Made by a program: the position numbers and the translations under genes
Part shown: piece by piece, positions 1-8,478 of the stretch
Position numbering within the stretch: the stretch's first letter is position 1
Layout of the letters: every line of letters begins with the position of its first letter
IMG/VR virus record: IMGVR_UViG_2596583600_000002
Coordinates: 1 to 64,000 of that record
Origin: a virus
Lineage: Duplodnaviria; Caudoviricetes
DNA length: 64,000 nt
Reading direction: 5' to 3' (one strand)
Notes under the pieces: model-generated
What the model saw: only the letters and a program-made list of their open reading frames with translations
The model's database searches: none
What the model was told of the DNA's origin: nothing

Positions 1-675
1 TCAGACCAGCCGCCGTCCCGTCCATACGACGCGGCCGACAATATCCACCAGCACCGGGTCGATATCATTCCAATCGGGATAATGAGCATTGTCGCTCAGC
101 ACGTTGATCGCACTCCGGCGCAGCCCCAGCGCCACCCGCTTCACCATCAGCACGCCGTCAAGCCGCAACACATAGACGCCGTCGCGCAGCCGCTCGGCCC
201 CGTCTTCATGGTTGACCATGATCTCATCCCCGTCGCTGAGGGTCGGCGCCATGGATTCGCCATCGACGCGGATGATGGAAACGCGCTGCGGGCGGACGCC
301 GATATGACGCAGCCAGCTTGCGTCGAAGGCCATGACGCCCGCCGCCCGCTCATCCTCGTCCAGCGTTCCGGCCCCCGCCGAAGCGCCCAGCGCCAGACGC
401 GGCACCGCGACGATCGCGGGAATGGAACGCAAACGCGAAGGCGTACCTGACAAAGACGGGACGCGTCCGCCCAGCATCTCTTCGGACACGCCGAAATAGC
501 GGGCGAGGACGCGCCGGTCCTCCTCGTCGAGTTTGCGGGGCGTCCCGCGCTTGATGAACTGCTGGATATAGGCGGAGTTGCGTTTGAGCAGGCGGGAAAG
601 ATCGGCGTAATTCTCCCCCCGCTCGGCAATCAGCCGGTCCAGCACGTCGCGGGGATCTTCTCCATTACCGATCAT
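1..675 (-). CDS. Host CI/LexA-like repressor (HTH + S24 peptidase)
   Basis: N-terminal HTH; ASAGAG cleavage-type site; GESM...MVKR catalytic Ser/Lys motifs. Confidence 0.9.
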   Translation of the reverse strand: MIGNGEDPRDVLDRLIAERGENYADLSRLLKRNSAYIQQFIKRGTPRKLDEEDRRVLARYFGVSEEMLGGRVPSLSGTPSRLRSIPAIVAVPRLALGASAGAGTLDEDERAAGVMAFDASWLRHIGVRPQRVSIIRVDGESMAPTLSDGDEIMVNHEDGAERLRDGVYVLRLDGVLMVKRVALGLRRSAINVLSDNAHYPDWNDIDPVLVDIVGRVVWTGRRLV

Positions 676-698
676 GTTTCATCCATAATGAAAGGAAT

Positions 699-716
699 TT
701 TCCTAGACAAGTAGGA
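699..716. promoter_or_regulatory. Palindromic operator TTCCTA-N6-TAGGAA between the divergent repressor and cro-like gene
   Basis: Inverted repeat in the AT-rich intergenic region. Confidence 0.55.
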
Positions 717-781
717 AATACATCATGAGATAGGAATAAACCTACTGATTTGCCAAGGGCGAGTCGAACTGGAGGAGGAGA

Positions 782-976
782 TTGAAGACGATGATTTTGC
801 GCGCGATCGAAAAATTCCTGCGAGAAAATGACATTCCGCCGACTCGCTTCGGACGCGAATGCGCGCGCGATCCCCGGCTGGTCTTCGACCTGCGCAGAGG
901 CCGCGAACCGGGCCAACGGGTGACGCGAAGAATAGAACATTTCATGAACACATATCGCAGGAGCGCCAGCATATGA
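782..976 (+). CDS. Host Cro-like small DNA-binding protein
   Basis: GGAGGAGG RBS; IEKFL..PTRFGR..DPRLV..LRRGR pattern; divergent from the CI-like gene. Confidence 0.8.
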   Translation: MKTMILRAIEKFLRENDIPPTRFGRECARDPRLVFDLRRGREPGQRVTRRIEHFMNTYRRSASI

Positions 977-1018
977 CAAGCATGGATCATGGCTTCGCGA
1001 CCCAAAATCTGGTCCGAA
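973..1018 (+). pseudogene. 5' fragment of host hypothetical gene split by the Mu-like insertion
   Basis: ATGA overlap with the cro-like stop; joins in frame to 38964 when the prophage and one CCGAA copy are removed (MTSMDHGFATQNLVR-NRVTGNCSGDP...). Confidence 0.85.
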
Positions 1019-1023
1019 TGTGC

Positions 1024-1345
1024 CGCGCCAAATATTTCCCACTTCCCAGTTGGGCGGGATATTGGGGGCTTTTCCGGGACGTATCGGGATGGGATGCCCG
1101 GAAAAACGGGCTTTCGCGGGTTTCGCGGTGCGTCGAAATGACGCGAGGAATTTTTGGCGCGTTTCGGGGTTTGGCAGATCAACGGGCGCTCCTGAAGCCT
1201 GAAAAACGGCGGAAATCCGTGGGCGCTTCACACTTTTCGTAAAATCCGCTTCCCACTTCCAATTTTGCCCGGTTTTCTGCGGCATTGCGCCGCCAGAACG
1301 TGTCCTTTGGGGGACATCAAAGTGTGAAGTAAAGTGGGAAGCGGA
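1024..1345. repeat. Left-end repeats: transposase-site-like copies plus CTTC(C/A)CACTT repeats
   Basis: CGCGCCAAATATT at 1024 mirrors the right-end site; AATTTTTGGCGCG at 1149; TCCGCTTCCCACTT (1245-1258) is the inverse of AAGTGGGAAGCGGA (1332-1345). Confidence 0.7.
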
Positions 1346-1353
1346 AATGGACA

Positions 1354-2211
1354 TCAGGCGCGTCCGCTGATGATCAGTTCGCGGACTGATTTGACGGCTT
1401 TGCCGCCGCCCACATGGTAGGTGGTTTCTTCCTCCTCGATGTCAAATCCGGCGAACAGTTTTCGCACTGTCGGATGATCATTGAGGCTGAGCAGGAACCG
1501 GCCTTGCAGGCTCCCCAGCCGCTCCGCCATTTCCTCAAATTCGGGCTGGCCGAACATGCCAGCACCATAGTCTCCCTCGCAGTTGAAATATGGGGGATCG
1601 AGGTAGAACAATATGCCCGGCCGGTCGTAGCGGGTGAGGAAATCCTGCCATCGCAACCTTTCGATCGTCACTGGCGCGAGGCGCTCATGCAGCGCTTCCA
1701 GCATGGGCGCGAGCTTGGTCAAATCGAAGCGGCTGGGATTGAACGGCGTCACGCCGAAAGAGCGGGTGGTGACCTTTCCGCCAAAGGCCAACCGTTGCAG
1801 ATACAGGAAGCGCGCGGCACGTTGCATGTCCGTCAGGGAGGACGGATCGAGGCGCAACAGCTTCTCGAAACCGGCCCGCGACGCGATCTGAAAGCGGATC
1901 ATGTCCAGGAAGGCGACATAATGATGTTGCAGGACGCGGAAGAAGGTGGAGACATCCTCCGACCAGTCATTGATGACCTCTGCCTTGGGGCGCAGATCGC
2001 GGCGCAGAAAGACGCCTCCCATGCCCACAAACACCTCCGCGTAGGTATGATGCGGTATCGCATTGATGCGGCCGATCACCCGCTTTGCGAGATTGCGCTT
2101 GCCGCCGATATAGGGCGCGACCGGACGCACAGGATCGACAGATTGCAAGGGCGTTGAAACGTCATTGTCAGCCGCATGAAGCGGCATGGAAAAGGGACTC
2201 GACTCTGTCAC
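1354..2211 (-). CDS. D12-class N6-adenine DNA methyltransferase (Dam-like)
   Basis: PYIGGK, EVFVGMGGVF, INDW, YLDPPY, LSLND motifs; start uncertain (GTG 2211 or ATG 2187; frame stays open to 2490). Confidence 0.93.
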   Translation of the reverse strand: MTESSPFSMPLHAADNDVSTPLQSVDPVRPVAPYIGGKRNLAKRVIGRINAIPHHTYAEVFVGMGGVFLRRDLRPKAEVINDWSEDVSTFFRVLQHHYVAFLDMIRFQIASRAGFEKLLRLDPSSLTDMQRAARFLYLQRLAFGGKVTTRSFGVTPFNPSRFDLTKLAPMLEALHERLAPVTIERLRWQDFLTRYDRPGILFYLDPPYFNCEGDYGAGMFGQPEFEEMAERLGSLQGRFLLSLNDHPTVRKLFAGFDIEEEETTYHVGGGKAVKSVRELIISGRA

Positions 2212-2214
2212 GAT

Positions 2215-2229
2215 GTTCTCTATGTGTTC
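2215..2229. promoter_or_regulatory. LexA (SOS) box upstream of the methylase
   Basis: GTTC-tctatgt-GTTC matches the alphaproteobacterial GTTC-N7-GTTC consensus. Confidence 0.8.
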
Positions 2230-2375
2230 GTCCCGTCCAGCGTTGGATGGCGGGATGGTTTCGGCTTTGGCCAGCCGGATCATGACGGGTCGAGTCCGTC
2301 GGCTTGGGGCGTTGGCGCGCCCCATCCCCCGCCCACGGGCGGTGAATTGAAAATTAGAGATTTCGGCGCTATGTA

Positions 2376-2487
2376 AGGGGAGCGATGCGCGCGACGCGGT
2401 GAATTCTTCCCTCCGTAGCGCGAGGCTACTGGCCGTCGACCGCTTAGCAGGGGACAGGAAGTCCCTGCCACGCATCGCTTCTCCCCT
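2376..2487 (-). ncRNA. Candidate structured RNA directly downstream of MuF
   Basis: Closing stem 2376-2389/2471-2487; internal stems GCAGGG/CCCTGC, GCGGT/ACCGC, GTAGC/GCTAC; loop CTTCC complementary to GGAAG. Confidence 0.55.
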
Positions 2488-3719
2488 CATTGCCGCCTAT
2501 CCATCAGGATCGTGAGATGACGCGTCTCGGCCGCGATGTTGCGCACACGGCTCCGATGGAAGCTGACGACGATGGGTAGTTCGTCGCCAGCATCCTGACG
2601 CACGACAGCCTTCCACACGTTGCCCGCCTCGTCGGCGAAGAAGATCAGCCGATCGGAACCCTGCTGGGCGATGACTAGGGCGCGGGACACAATGTCAGGC
2701 AGAAGCCGATAAGCGTCCGGCCCTAGCTCTGGGTGACCACGCGACACGTCGGGCTGGTCGCCTCGCTGCTTGCGATAGACGCCTTCTGGCATGACCACCA
2801 CACGGGCATTTGCCTGTATCGCCTCCTGTTGGGCCGGATCGAGGATCGCAACAGGAAAAGCGCCGCTGGGCCGCGCCAGAAACTGGTCAAAGGCGGGATC
2901 GCGGATGATTTCCCGCAGGGTGGCATCCGCCGCCGCGTCCATACCCGCATCGGTGGCGGCGCGGAGCGAGGCAACGGTTTTTGTGGCGACGGCCCGCAGA
3001 TGGGCGGTGCCGGGATTGTAGCTGAAGCCGGGATCGATCCCGTCGGGAACCATGATAGGTTGGCCGGTCGCCGGGATGAACATGCGCGCGCCCTGGGGAA
3101 GGTTGTGTTCGGGCGTGATGGCCCAGCCCATCCGCTTCATGCGCCGTTCGCTGACCTGCTCGAAATGGCATTTGCAGCCCCAGCCATTGGGCGGAAAGTG
3201 TGTCTGCCAGAAGGGATGATCGACCGGCAGGAGAATGCCATACCATGTCATGTGGAGCGGGCGCTTATGCTCTGACGTCGAGGGCAGATAGCGCAGATAG
3301 GGGTAAACGTCCTTCTGGCGCTGGATGCGGGTCCAGTGGCCCGACGCCATGCTCATGCGAACGTTGGTGTTGTAGATCGTCCGCAGGCGGCGGTTGTTGA
3401 CGATGATAGTCTCGTCCGTGCCGGTCAGTTCGGCGTTGGATACCGCGCCCCACCAGCCTGTCTTTCGCAGTTCGGGCATGATGCCCGACTTCCATTCTTC
3501 GAACGTGCCGCCGTTGCGGATCACGTCGTCGATCGACGTGCGCATCGAGCGCAGCAGATCGAGCTTCGCGACCTTGGCGACCGTGAAGGCGACAGCATGA
3601 TTTTCGTGCATCATTTCCGACCAGCGGACGGTCGGCTGCAATGCATCGCGCGCTTCGAAGGCGCGAACGACATCATCAGGCTTCAGGAAGATGGAATAGC
3701 CGAGGTTGTCAGCCATCAC
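2487..3719 (-). CDS. MuF (gp30-like) head morphogenesis protein with C-terminal BECR-fold (PBECR2-like) nuclease domain
   Basis: AFTVAKV, RLRTIYNTN, HFPPNGWGCKC, GIDPGFSYNPG; extension with HPEL..Y..LP and VSFHR. Confidence 0.88.
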   Translation of the reverse strand: MMADNLGYSIFLKPDDVVRAFEARDALQPTVRWSEMMHENHAVAFTVAKVAKLDLLRSMRTSIDDVIRNGGTFEEWKSGIMPELRKTGWWGAVSNAELTGTDETIIVNNRRLRTIYNTNVRMSMASGHWTRIQRQKDVYPYLRYLPSTSEHKRPLHMTWYGILLPVDHPFWQTHFPPNGWGCKCHFEQVSERRMKRMGWAITPEHNLPQGARMFIPATGQPIMVPDGIDPGFSYNPGTAHLRAVATKTVASLRAATDAGMDAAADATLREIIRDPAFDQFLARPSGAFPVAILDPAQQEAIQANARVVVMPEGVYRKQRGDQPDVSRGHPELGPDAYRLLPDIVSRALVIAQQGSDRLIFFADEAGNVWKAVVRQDAGDELPIVVSFHRSRVRNIAAETRHLTILMDRRQ

Positions 3720-3949
3720 CGCCTCCTTCGGTCACAGGCCATCACGCCGCGTGGAATGCGTCCTGCTGCAAGCTCACGTTCGACGGCGCGCATCTGGGCC
3801 GCGATGTGGCGTTCTTCGATCGGCAGTCCGCGGAGCATTGCCCATCCATGTTCAGTATCGGGGAGGCCCAGATAACGGCGGTATTCATCATCATCGCCGA
3901 AATCGGCGGGAAGCGGGTCTATGTCCGATGTTCCGATGCGACAGTTCAT
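3716..3949 (-). CDS. Hypothetical protein
   Basis: ATGA overlaps with both neighbours. Confidence 0.6.
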   Translation of the reverse strand: MNCRIGTSDIDPLPADFGDDDEYRRYLGLPDTEHGWAMLRGLPIEERHIAAQMRAVERELAAGRIPRGVMACDRRRR

Positions 3950-4623
3950 GCCAGTTGCAGGCGCTCGGCGCTGCCTCCCACGCCCTTAGAGAGATCGACT
4001 TTCCGTCCGGCCTGATGACCGCGCCAGTAGTCATTTTCGAGTCGGCCGCCTTTCGTGGACGCGCTGCGATTGTCGACCGTCGCCAGATCGCCGCCGAAGC
4101 GCTTGGCGATATATTGGTCGACAAGCAAGTTGGCGGCGACGGGCGGCATCAGAGCCTTGACCTTGCTATAAACCGCTCTGGCCCAAGCCTCGCAGAACAC
4201 ATCCGCGCGCTGACGCTTGCGTCCGGGGCGGCAGCGCTTGAGATGGACGCGGATATATTCCTGCCGTGCCGCCTTCAACTGGCGAAACAGAACGGTGAAA
4301 GCGAAACCGGCGATTTCGGGGACTGGGCCGGGTCCGATGTAAATCCGATGCAGGTCCGCGTCGATGATGACCTTGCAGCCCAGCGCGTGGCGGACAGTCA
4401 TGCATAGCGCCGTTTCCCATAGCGGCGGGCGCTGTGTCGCCGTGCCCTTTGCCTTCGCTTCGCCGATTTCCGACAGCGCAATGTCATCCATGGACAAGTC
4501 ATGCTCATCCATTAGCGCACGGGCTTTCGCCAGCGCGGCGGCGGCCTCATGCTCGTTGGAGGATTTAGCCAGGGCGAGGCATTTCCTGATCTTCGAGAGC
4601 AGTACGTGGCGGTCGTCCGACAT
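3946..4623 (-). CDS. DUF2786 family protein
   Basis: KIRKCLALAKSSNEHEAAAALAKARALM signature. Confidence 0.85.
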   Translation of the reverse strand: MSDDRHVLLSKIRKCLALAKSSNEHEAAAALAKARALMDEHDLSMDDIALSEIGEAKAKGTATQRPPLWETALCMTVRHALGCKVIIDADLHRIYIGPGPVPEIAGFAFTVLFRQLKAARQEYIRVHLKRCRPGRKRQRADVFCEAWARAVYSKVKALMPPVAANLLVDQYIAKRFGGDLATVDNRSASTKGGRLENDYWRGHQAGRKVDLSKGVGGSAERLQLA

Positions 4624-4868
4624 TATTCGAGACCCAGTGCGTTCTTGTAGGTCTCCAGCAACGCTTCCGCTTCCATGCGGGAATTGCGTTCCAGTTTCCG
4701 CAGCCGGATGATCGCCCGCATCGTTGCCACGTCATAGCCATTGGCCTTGGCCTCCAGATAGATATCCTTGATATCGTCAGCGATGGCCCTTTTCTCTTCT
4801 TCCAGGCGCTCAATACGCTCGATCAAGAGGCGCAACTGTTCGGCGGCCACGTTACCTTCGGACATCAA
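4623..4868 (-). CDS. GapR-like (DUF2312) DNA-binding protein
   Basis: QLRLLIERIERLEEEK..IADDIKDIYLEAKANGYD...LLETYKNALG. Confidence 0.92.
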   Translation of the reverse strand: MMSEGNVAAEQLRLLIERIERLEEEKRAIADDIKDIYLEAKANGYDVATMRAIIRLRKLERNSRMEAEALLETYKNALGLE

Positions 4869-6937
4869 TTTTCTCCCTGAGTAGCAAGTTGGATCGCGGC
4901 GTCGAGCTGGACGGCGAAGCCCGCCCGTTCGAGCGCCTGGACAAGGGGCTGATCGTCCATAGCGCCGAGGGCGTCGGACAGGATGGCGCGCGCTTCGGTT
5001 TCGCTGTCGGCCGCAAGCAGCCGATCGACAATGTTGCCCGTCATCGCGTTGGCGACGCGATAGCCGTCCTCCGCGATCATGCGGTCCACGATGCCGTCGG
5101 CGTCGTCGTGGCCGTCGTCATCCAGTTCGGCAAAGCTGGCAGCGGATGGGACTTCCGCCACCGTTTCATGCCAGTCACTTCGGATTGCCTCGAAGCGTTC
5201 TGGCCCGAAAACAAGACGGCCCTGATAAGGGGCGACCTTCGCCAGATCGAGATTGTCCGCCTCATAGGTCAGGGTGACGTGAGGCAGATAGGAGGGATGA
5301 TCCCAGCTAGCGCCCGCGTCCCGCATTTCGCGGTGTCGCCATTGCAGGTCGACGGATTGAAACAGCAATGCAACGGCCCCGTCATCGCCCAGCCGTTCGA
5401 CCAGGCGCGGGCCACCGGGGCCGACAATGACCTCCCCGGTGTTGGAGCCGAATTGCCCCATGGCAAACCAGTTCACCGGCCGTTTGGAATAGGTGACCGT
5501 GACATGCAGATCGTCGGCCGGAAGCGTAGAGGTGAAACCCTGCGACCGCGCCCAGTCCAGCACTTCGCTGGCATTGAGAAGCTGGCGATAAACATAAAGC
5601 GGGCGTGGATCGTCTGCCGCGAAGCTGACAACATCCTTGCCATTTTCAGGGATTGGCGACTTGCGCAATTTGTCAAACTGGCCGTTTTGCTTGTCTTCGG
5701 CCCACTGGGGGGCGGCGCTGGATGGAGCATCGGGATCATCACGGCGCACGAAGCCTTCGCCATAGGTGTCACGGAAGCTGTCTTCCGTGCGGACCCAGCC
5801 ATTGCTGGCATGGATCGCGTCCGTTTCCGCGTTGGCCTTGGTGTCTTCCTCCTCCTCGACGATACGGCGCACGATGGGTGCCGCGACATCGGGGCCAAAA
5901 TTCCAGTCGGTCCACCAGCGCGCCACCTGTGCGGTGAAACTGTCGGTCAGATCGTCCGCGTCGGTCTTAACGACCTCCAGCTTGACGTCGGCATGGACCT
6001 CACCCTGTGAGCGCGAAGAGCCGTTGTCCGTGGTCATCGTCTGCGACAGCACGATCTTGGCGATGGCCGCGTCCATATAGAGGCAGAGCTGATGATAATC
6101 GCCCATGCCGGAACGGGCGGCGGTCAGCAGTTCCACCGCCATGCCTTCGGGAACGACAAATCCGCTATCCGTCGCAATGGCCTGAAGCGCCATCAGCAGC
6201 TTGTTGATGTCATCGCTGCTGGAGCCGCGCGGATAGGTGCCCTTCGCCGTCGGGGTGCCGAATTTATCGAGGAAGATATTCCAGAAGCGGATGCCGTTCC
6301 GCTTGAACAGGGTGGGCCAGTAAAGCCAATGGGCAAGGCCGTGGCCATAGGGCTGATCGTCGTCGGCTGCGCCCACGCTGTGCACCCAGAACTTGCGTTC
6401 GGGCATGATCTCGCCCTGCATGCTCGTGGGCGTGAGCATCCGCAGCTGATCCTCATCATCGAACCTGAAGCGGCGGGCATGGCGCACCTTCATGCCGACG
6501 ATGTCGAACAGCCCGTCGCGCTGGCCCCACATCAGTTCGGCCACGCTGTAGCCGTAGAAAGAAGCCATCAGCATCTTGCGGGTGATGCGATCCCAGGGCA
6601 GGCGCTTGAGCGTCCGGTCGAACGCTTCCGCCGCCTTTTCGGCGCGCGGATCATCATCGTCCCCGGCGATCACATTCCAATCGCGCGCGACGACTGCGCC
6701 GATGCGCTGTTGCATCGTCGAAAAGACCTGGTCATCGTTGAACACGACATCATAGGCGCCCCAGTCGATGGCGGTGGCCAGCTTGGGGTCTTTGGCTTCG
6801 CGCAGGCCGCGCACCCATGGCTGGGTGATATCGCGGCCGTCGCGAGTGGTGGCGATCTCTGTCGTCAGATCGGGCGACGGTCGGGGAACGGCAGTCGTTC
6901 GGCCGAATGAGCGGTAGGGCGCAGGACGTTGGGCCAT
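4865..6937 (-). CDS. Mu-type portal (DUF935/gp29) carrying an internal Acb1-like 2H phosphoesterase domain (~5160-5615)
   Basis: YGYSVAELMW, FLDKFGTP, IAKIVLSQTMTT portal motifs; insert with LYV...HVTVTYS...RH...GA...PHVTLTY...DW. Confidence 0.92.
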   Translation of the reverse strand: MAQRPAPYRSFGRTTAVPRPSPDLTTEIATTRDGRDITQPWVRGLREAKDPKLATAIDWGAYDVVFNDDQVFSTMQQRIGAVVARDWNVIAGDDDDPRAEKAAEAFDRTLKRLPWDRITRKMLMASFYGYSVAELMWGQRDGLFDIVGMKVRHARRFRFDDEDQLRMLTPTSMQGEIMPERKFWVHSVGAADDDQPYGHGLAHWLYWPTLFKRNGIRFWNIFLDKFGTPTAKGTYPRGSSSDDINKLLMALQAIATDSGFVVPEGMAVELLTAARSGMGDYHQLCLYMDAAIAKIVLSQTMTTDNGSSRSQGEVHADVKLEVVKTDADDLTDSFTAQVARWWTDWNFGPDVAAPIVRRIVEEEEDTKANAETDAIHASNGWVRTEDSFRDTYGEGFVRRDDPDAPSSAAPQWAEDKQNGQFDKLRKSPIPENGKDVVSFAADDPRPLYVYRQLLNASEVLDWARSQGFTSTLPADDLHVTVTYSKRPVNWFAMGQFGSNTGEVIVGPGGPRLVERLGDDGAVALLFQSVDLQWRHREMRDAGASWDHPSYLPHVTLTYEADNLDLAKVAPYQGRLVFGPERFEAIRSDWHETVAEVPSAASFAELDDDGHDDADGIVDRMIAEDGYRVANAMTGNIVDRLLAADSETEARAILSDALGAMDDQPLVQALERAGFAVQLDAAIQLATQGEN

Positions 6938-8478
6938 TAGAAGGACAATCCGGTTGACCGGCGGCCGACAGTGCCGAAGCCGGTGGTGGTGATGACGGTT
7001 TCAGCGGCGGAGGAACGGGTCTGGTTGAGGACATGAACGTCCATCGGGCCGACGTCCTCGTCAGCAGCCGCGCGCAGGTGCATGAGCGCGATCGCGTTGT
7101 CGCCATGGCGCTTGCCCTTCGCTCCATCGGCCTTCGACTGGATGGAGCCGTCGGGAATTTTCGGGACGCCCTTGACCAGCTTGACCATCCGCAGGTCGTT
7201 GAGCGTTCCTTCGTCCTTGGGGATGATGAAGGTCCGATCTTCCAGCCCGGCCTTGAGCTTGGGCATGAAGGCGAGATAGCTCTTGTCGCTGGCCATCACC
7301 GCTTCAATGCGGTTCGCTCCCCATTTCTGCTGGGCATATTCCGCCAGCGCCGAGCCGTTGCCGCGCGCGTCCATCTTGCCGGAACAGAAGTTCGGCATCC
7401 GCGACACGATCCAGTTGAGCACGAATTCCTGCTCGCGGAAGGGCACGTTCCGCATTTCGAGGATGAATCGGCAGATCAGATTGAGGTGCTGATCGAGCTG
7501 GCCCGCTGCGATCGGCGAGACGTCGCCATTGCGGGCGAAGTCCTGACCGAAGAACGACCGGCGCAATGGGTCGAAGTCGCGCAGCCACGGCCCGACCTCA
7601 TCTTCCAGAAACTCGCGCACGAATTCCTGCCGATATTCGTCGGACTGTTGCTCGAAGCCATCGGGGCATGTCAGGCGGATGACGGGCAGTTCCGGCGACA
7701 TGGCGGCTATGATGGTGGCGCGGGATAGATAGACACCGGAGCCGCGCGACGGAATGACGTCCAGTTCCTCCTCGGCTGCATCGCCATAGCGCTTGCGGAG
7801 GGACGCTTCCCACGCCTTTTCCTTCTCCGCCGACCATTCCTCGCCATTTCGCAGGCAGATGCGTTTGAACAGGCCGTCCGCCAGTGCTTCGGCCAGCGTG
7901 ATGCGCATGACGTGCCCCTCCTTCTTTCCCTCCCGAATTTCTTCGATCAGCAGGTTGAAGGGATTATCCGCCCCGTCATGGGTGGAAATGACAACGACAT
8001 GACTGCCCCACATGGTGAGCGCCATCGCCGCCTTCAGCAATTCGTCCAGATCGTCGTGGAACGCGGCTTCGTCGATCAGAACCTTGCCCTGCATGCCGCG
8101 AAGCGAGCGCGGCTTGGAGGACAGGGCGATAACGGCCTTGCCTGACGGGAAGTCCACGCGGAGCGCCTTGATCCCGTTTTCCGACCCATCGTCGAACAGG
8201 AATTCGGACGAGCCGGTGGCGACCTCGTCAAAAGCCTTCGCGAAGTCGCCGACATAGCCGATGAACTCCCGCGTCATGTCGAGATTATAGGCGATGTAAT
8301 AGACGTTCTGCGGGCGAAAGGCGGGCGCGGCTGTCAGCACGGCATCGGCGGCGAAACCATAGGTGATGCCGGTGCGTCGTGATTTTTCAATGACCAGCAG
8401 CTGATGCTGGGCGCTCAGCGCAATCGCCGATGCCTGGTAGGGCAGGAGCAGCTTGATATCGGACAGGGCGCTGGTCAT
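6937..8478 (-). CDS. terL: Terminase large subunit (Mu gp28-like)
   Basis: LLPYQ, EKSRRTGIT, IDEAAFH, GQDFAR, HGD motifs. Confidence 0.93.
   Translation of the reverse strand: MTSALSDIKLLLPYQASAIALSAQHQLLVIEKSRRTGITYGFAADAVLTAAPAFRPQNVYYIAYNLDMTREFIGYVGDFAKAFDEVATGSSEFLFDDGSENGIKALRVDFPSGKAVIALSSKPRSLRGMQGKVLIDEAAFHDDLDELLKAAMALTMWGSHVVVISTHDGADNPFNLLIEEIREGKKEGHVMRITLAEALADGLFKRICLRNGEEWSAEKEKAWEASLRKRYGDAAEEELDVIPSRGSGVYLSRATIIAAMSPELPVIRLTCPDGFEQQSDEYRQEFVREFLEDEVGPWLRDFDPLRRSFFGQDFARNGDVSPIAAGQLDQHLNLICRFILEMRNVPFREQEFVLNWIVSRMPNFCSGKMDARGNGSALAEYAQQKWGANRIEAVMASDKSYLAFMPKLKAGLEDRTFIIPKDEGTLNDLRMVKLVKGVPKIPDGSIQSKADGAKGKRHGDNAIALMHLRAAADEDVGPMDVHVLNQTRSSAAETVITTTGFGTVGRRSTGLSF

Noticed and set aside
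1-976. CI/Cro pair as part of the Mu-like prophage
   Set aside because: Lies outside the TG end and target duplication, and is coupled to the interrupted host gene
2376-2487. HDV-like ribozyme or tRNA identity for the post-MuF RNA
   Set aside because: I could not map the nested double pseudoknot or a cloverleaf; left as an unassigned structure
5126-5626. Portal insert as an intein
   Set aside because: No N-terminal Cys/Ser block or His-Asn end; the two HxT motifs indicate a 2H phosphoesterase
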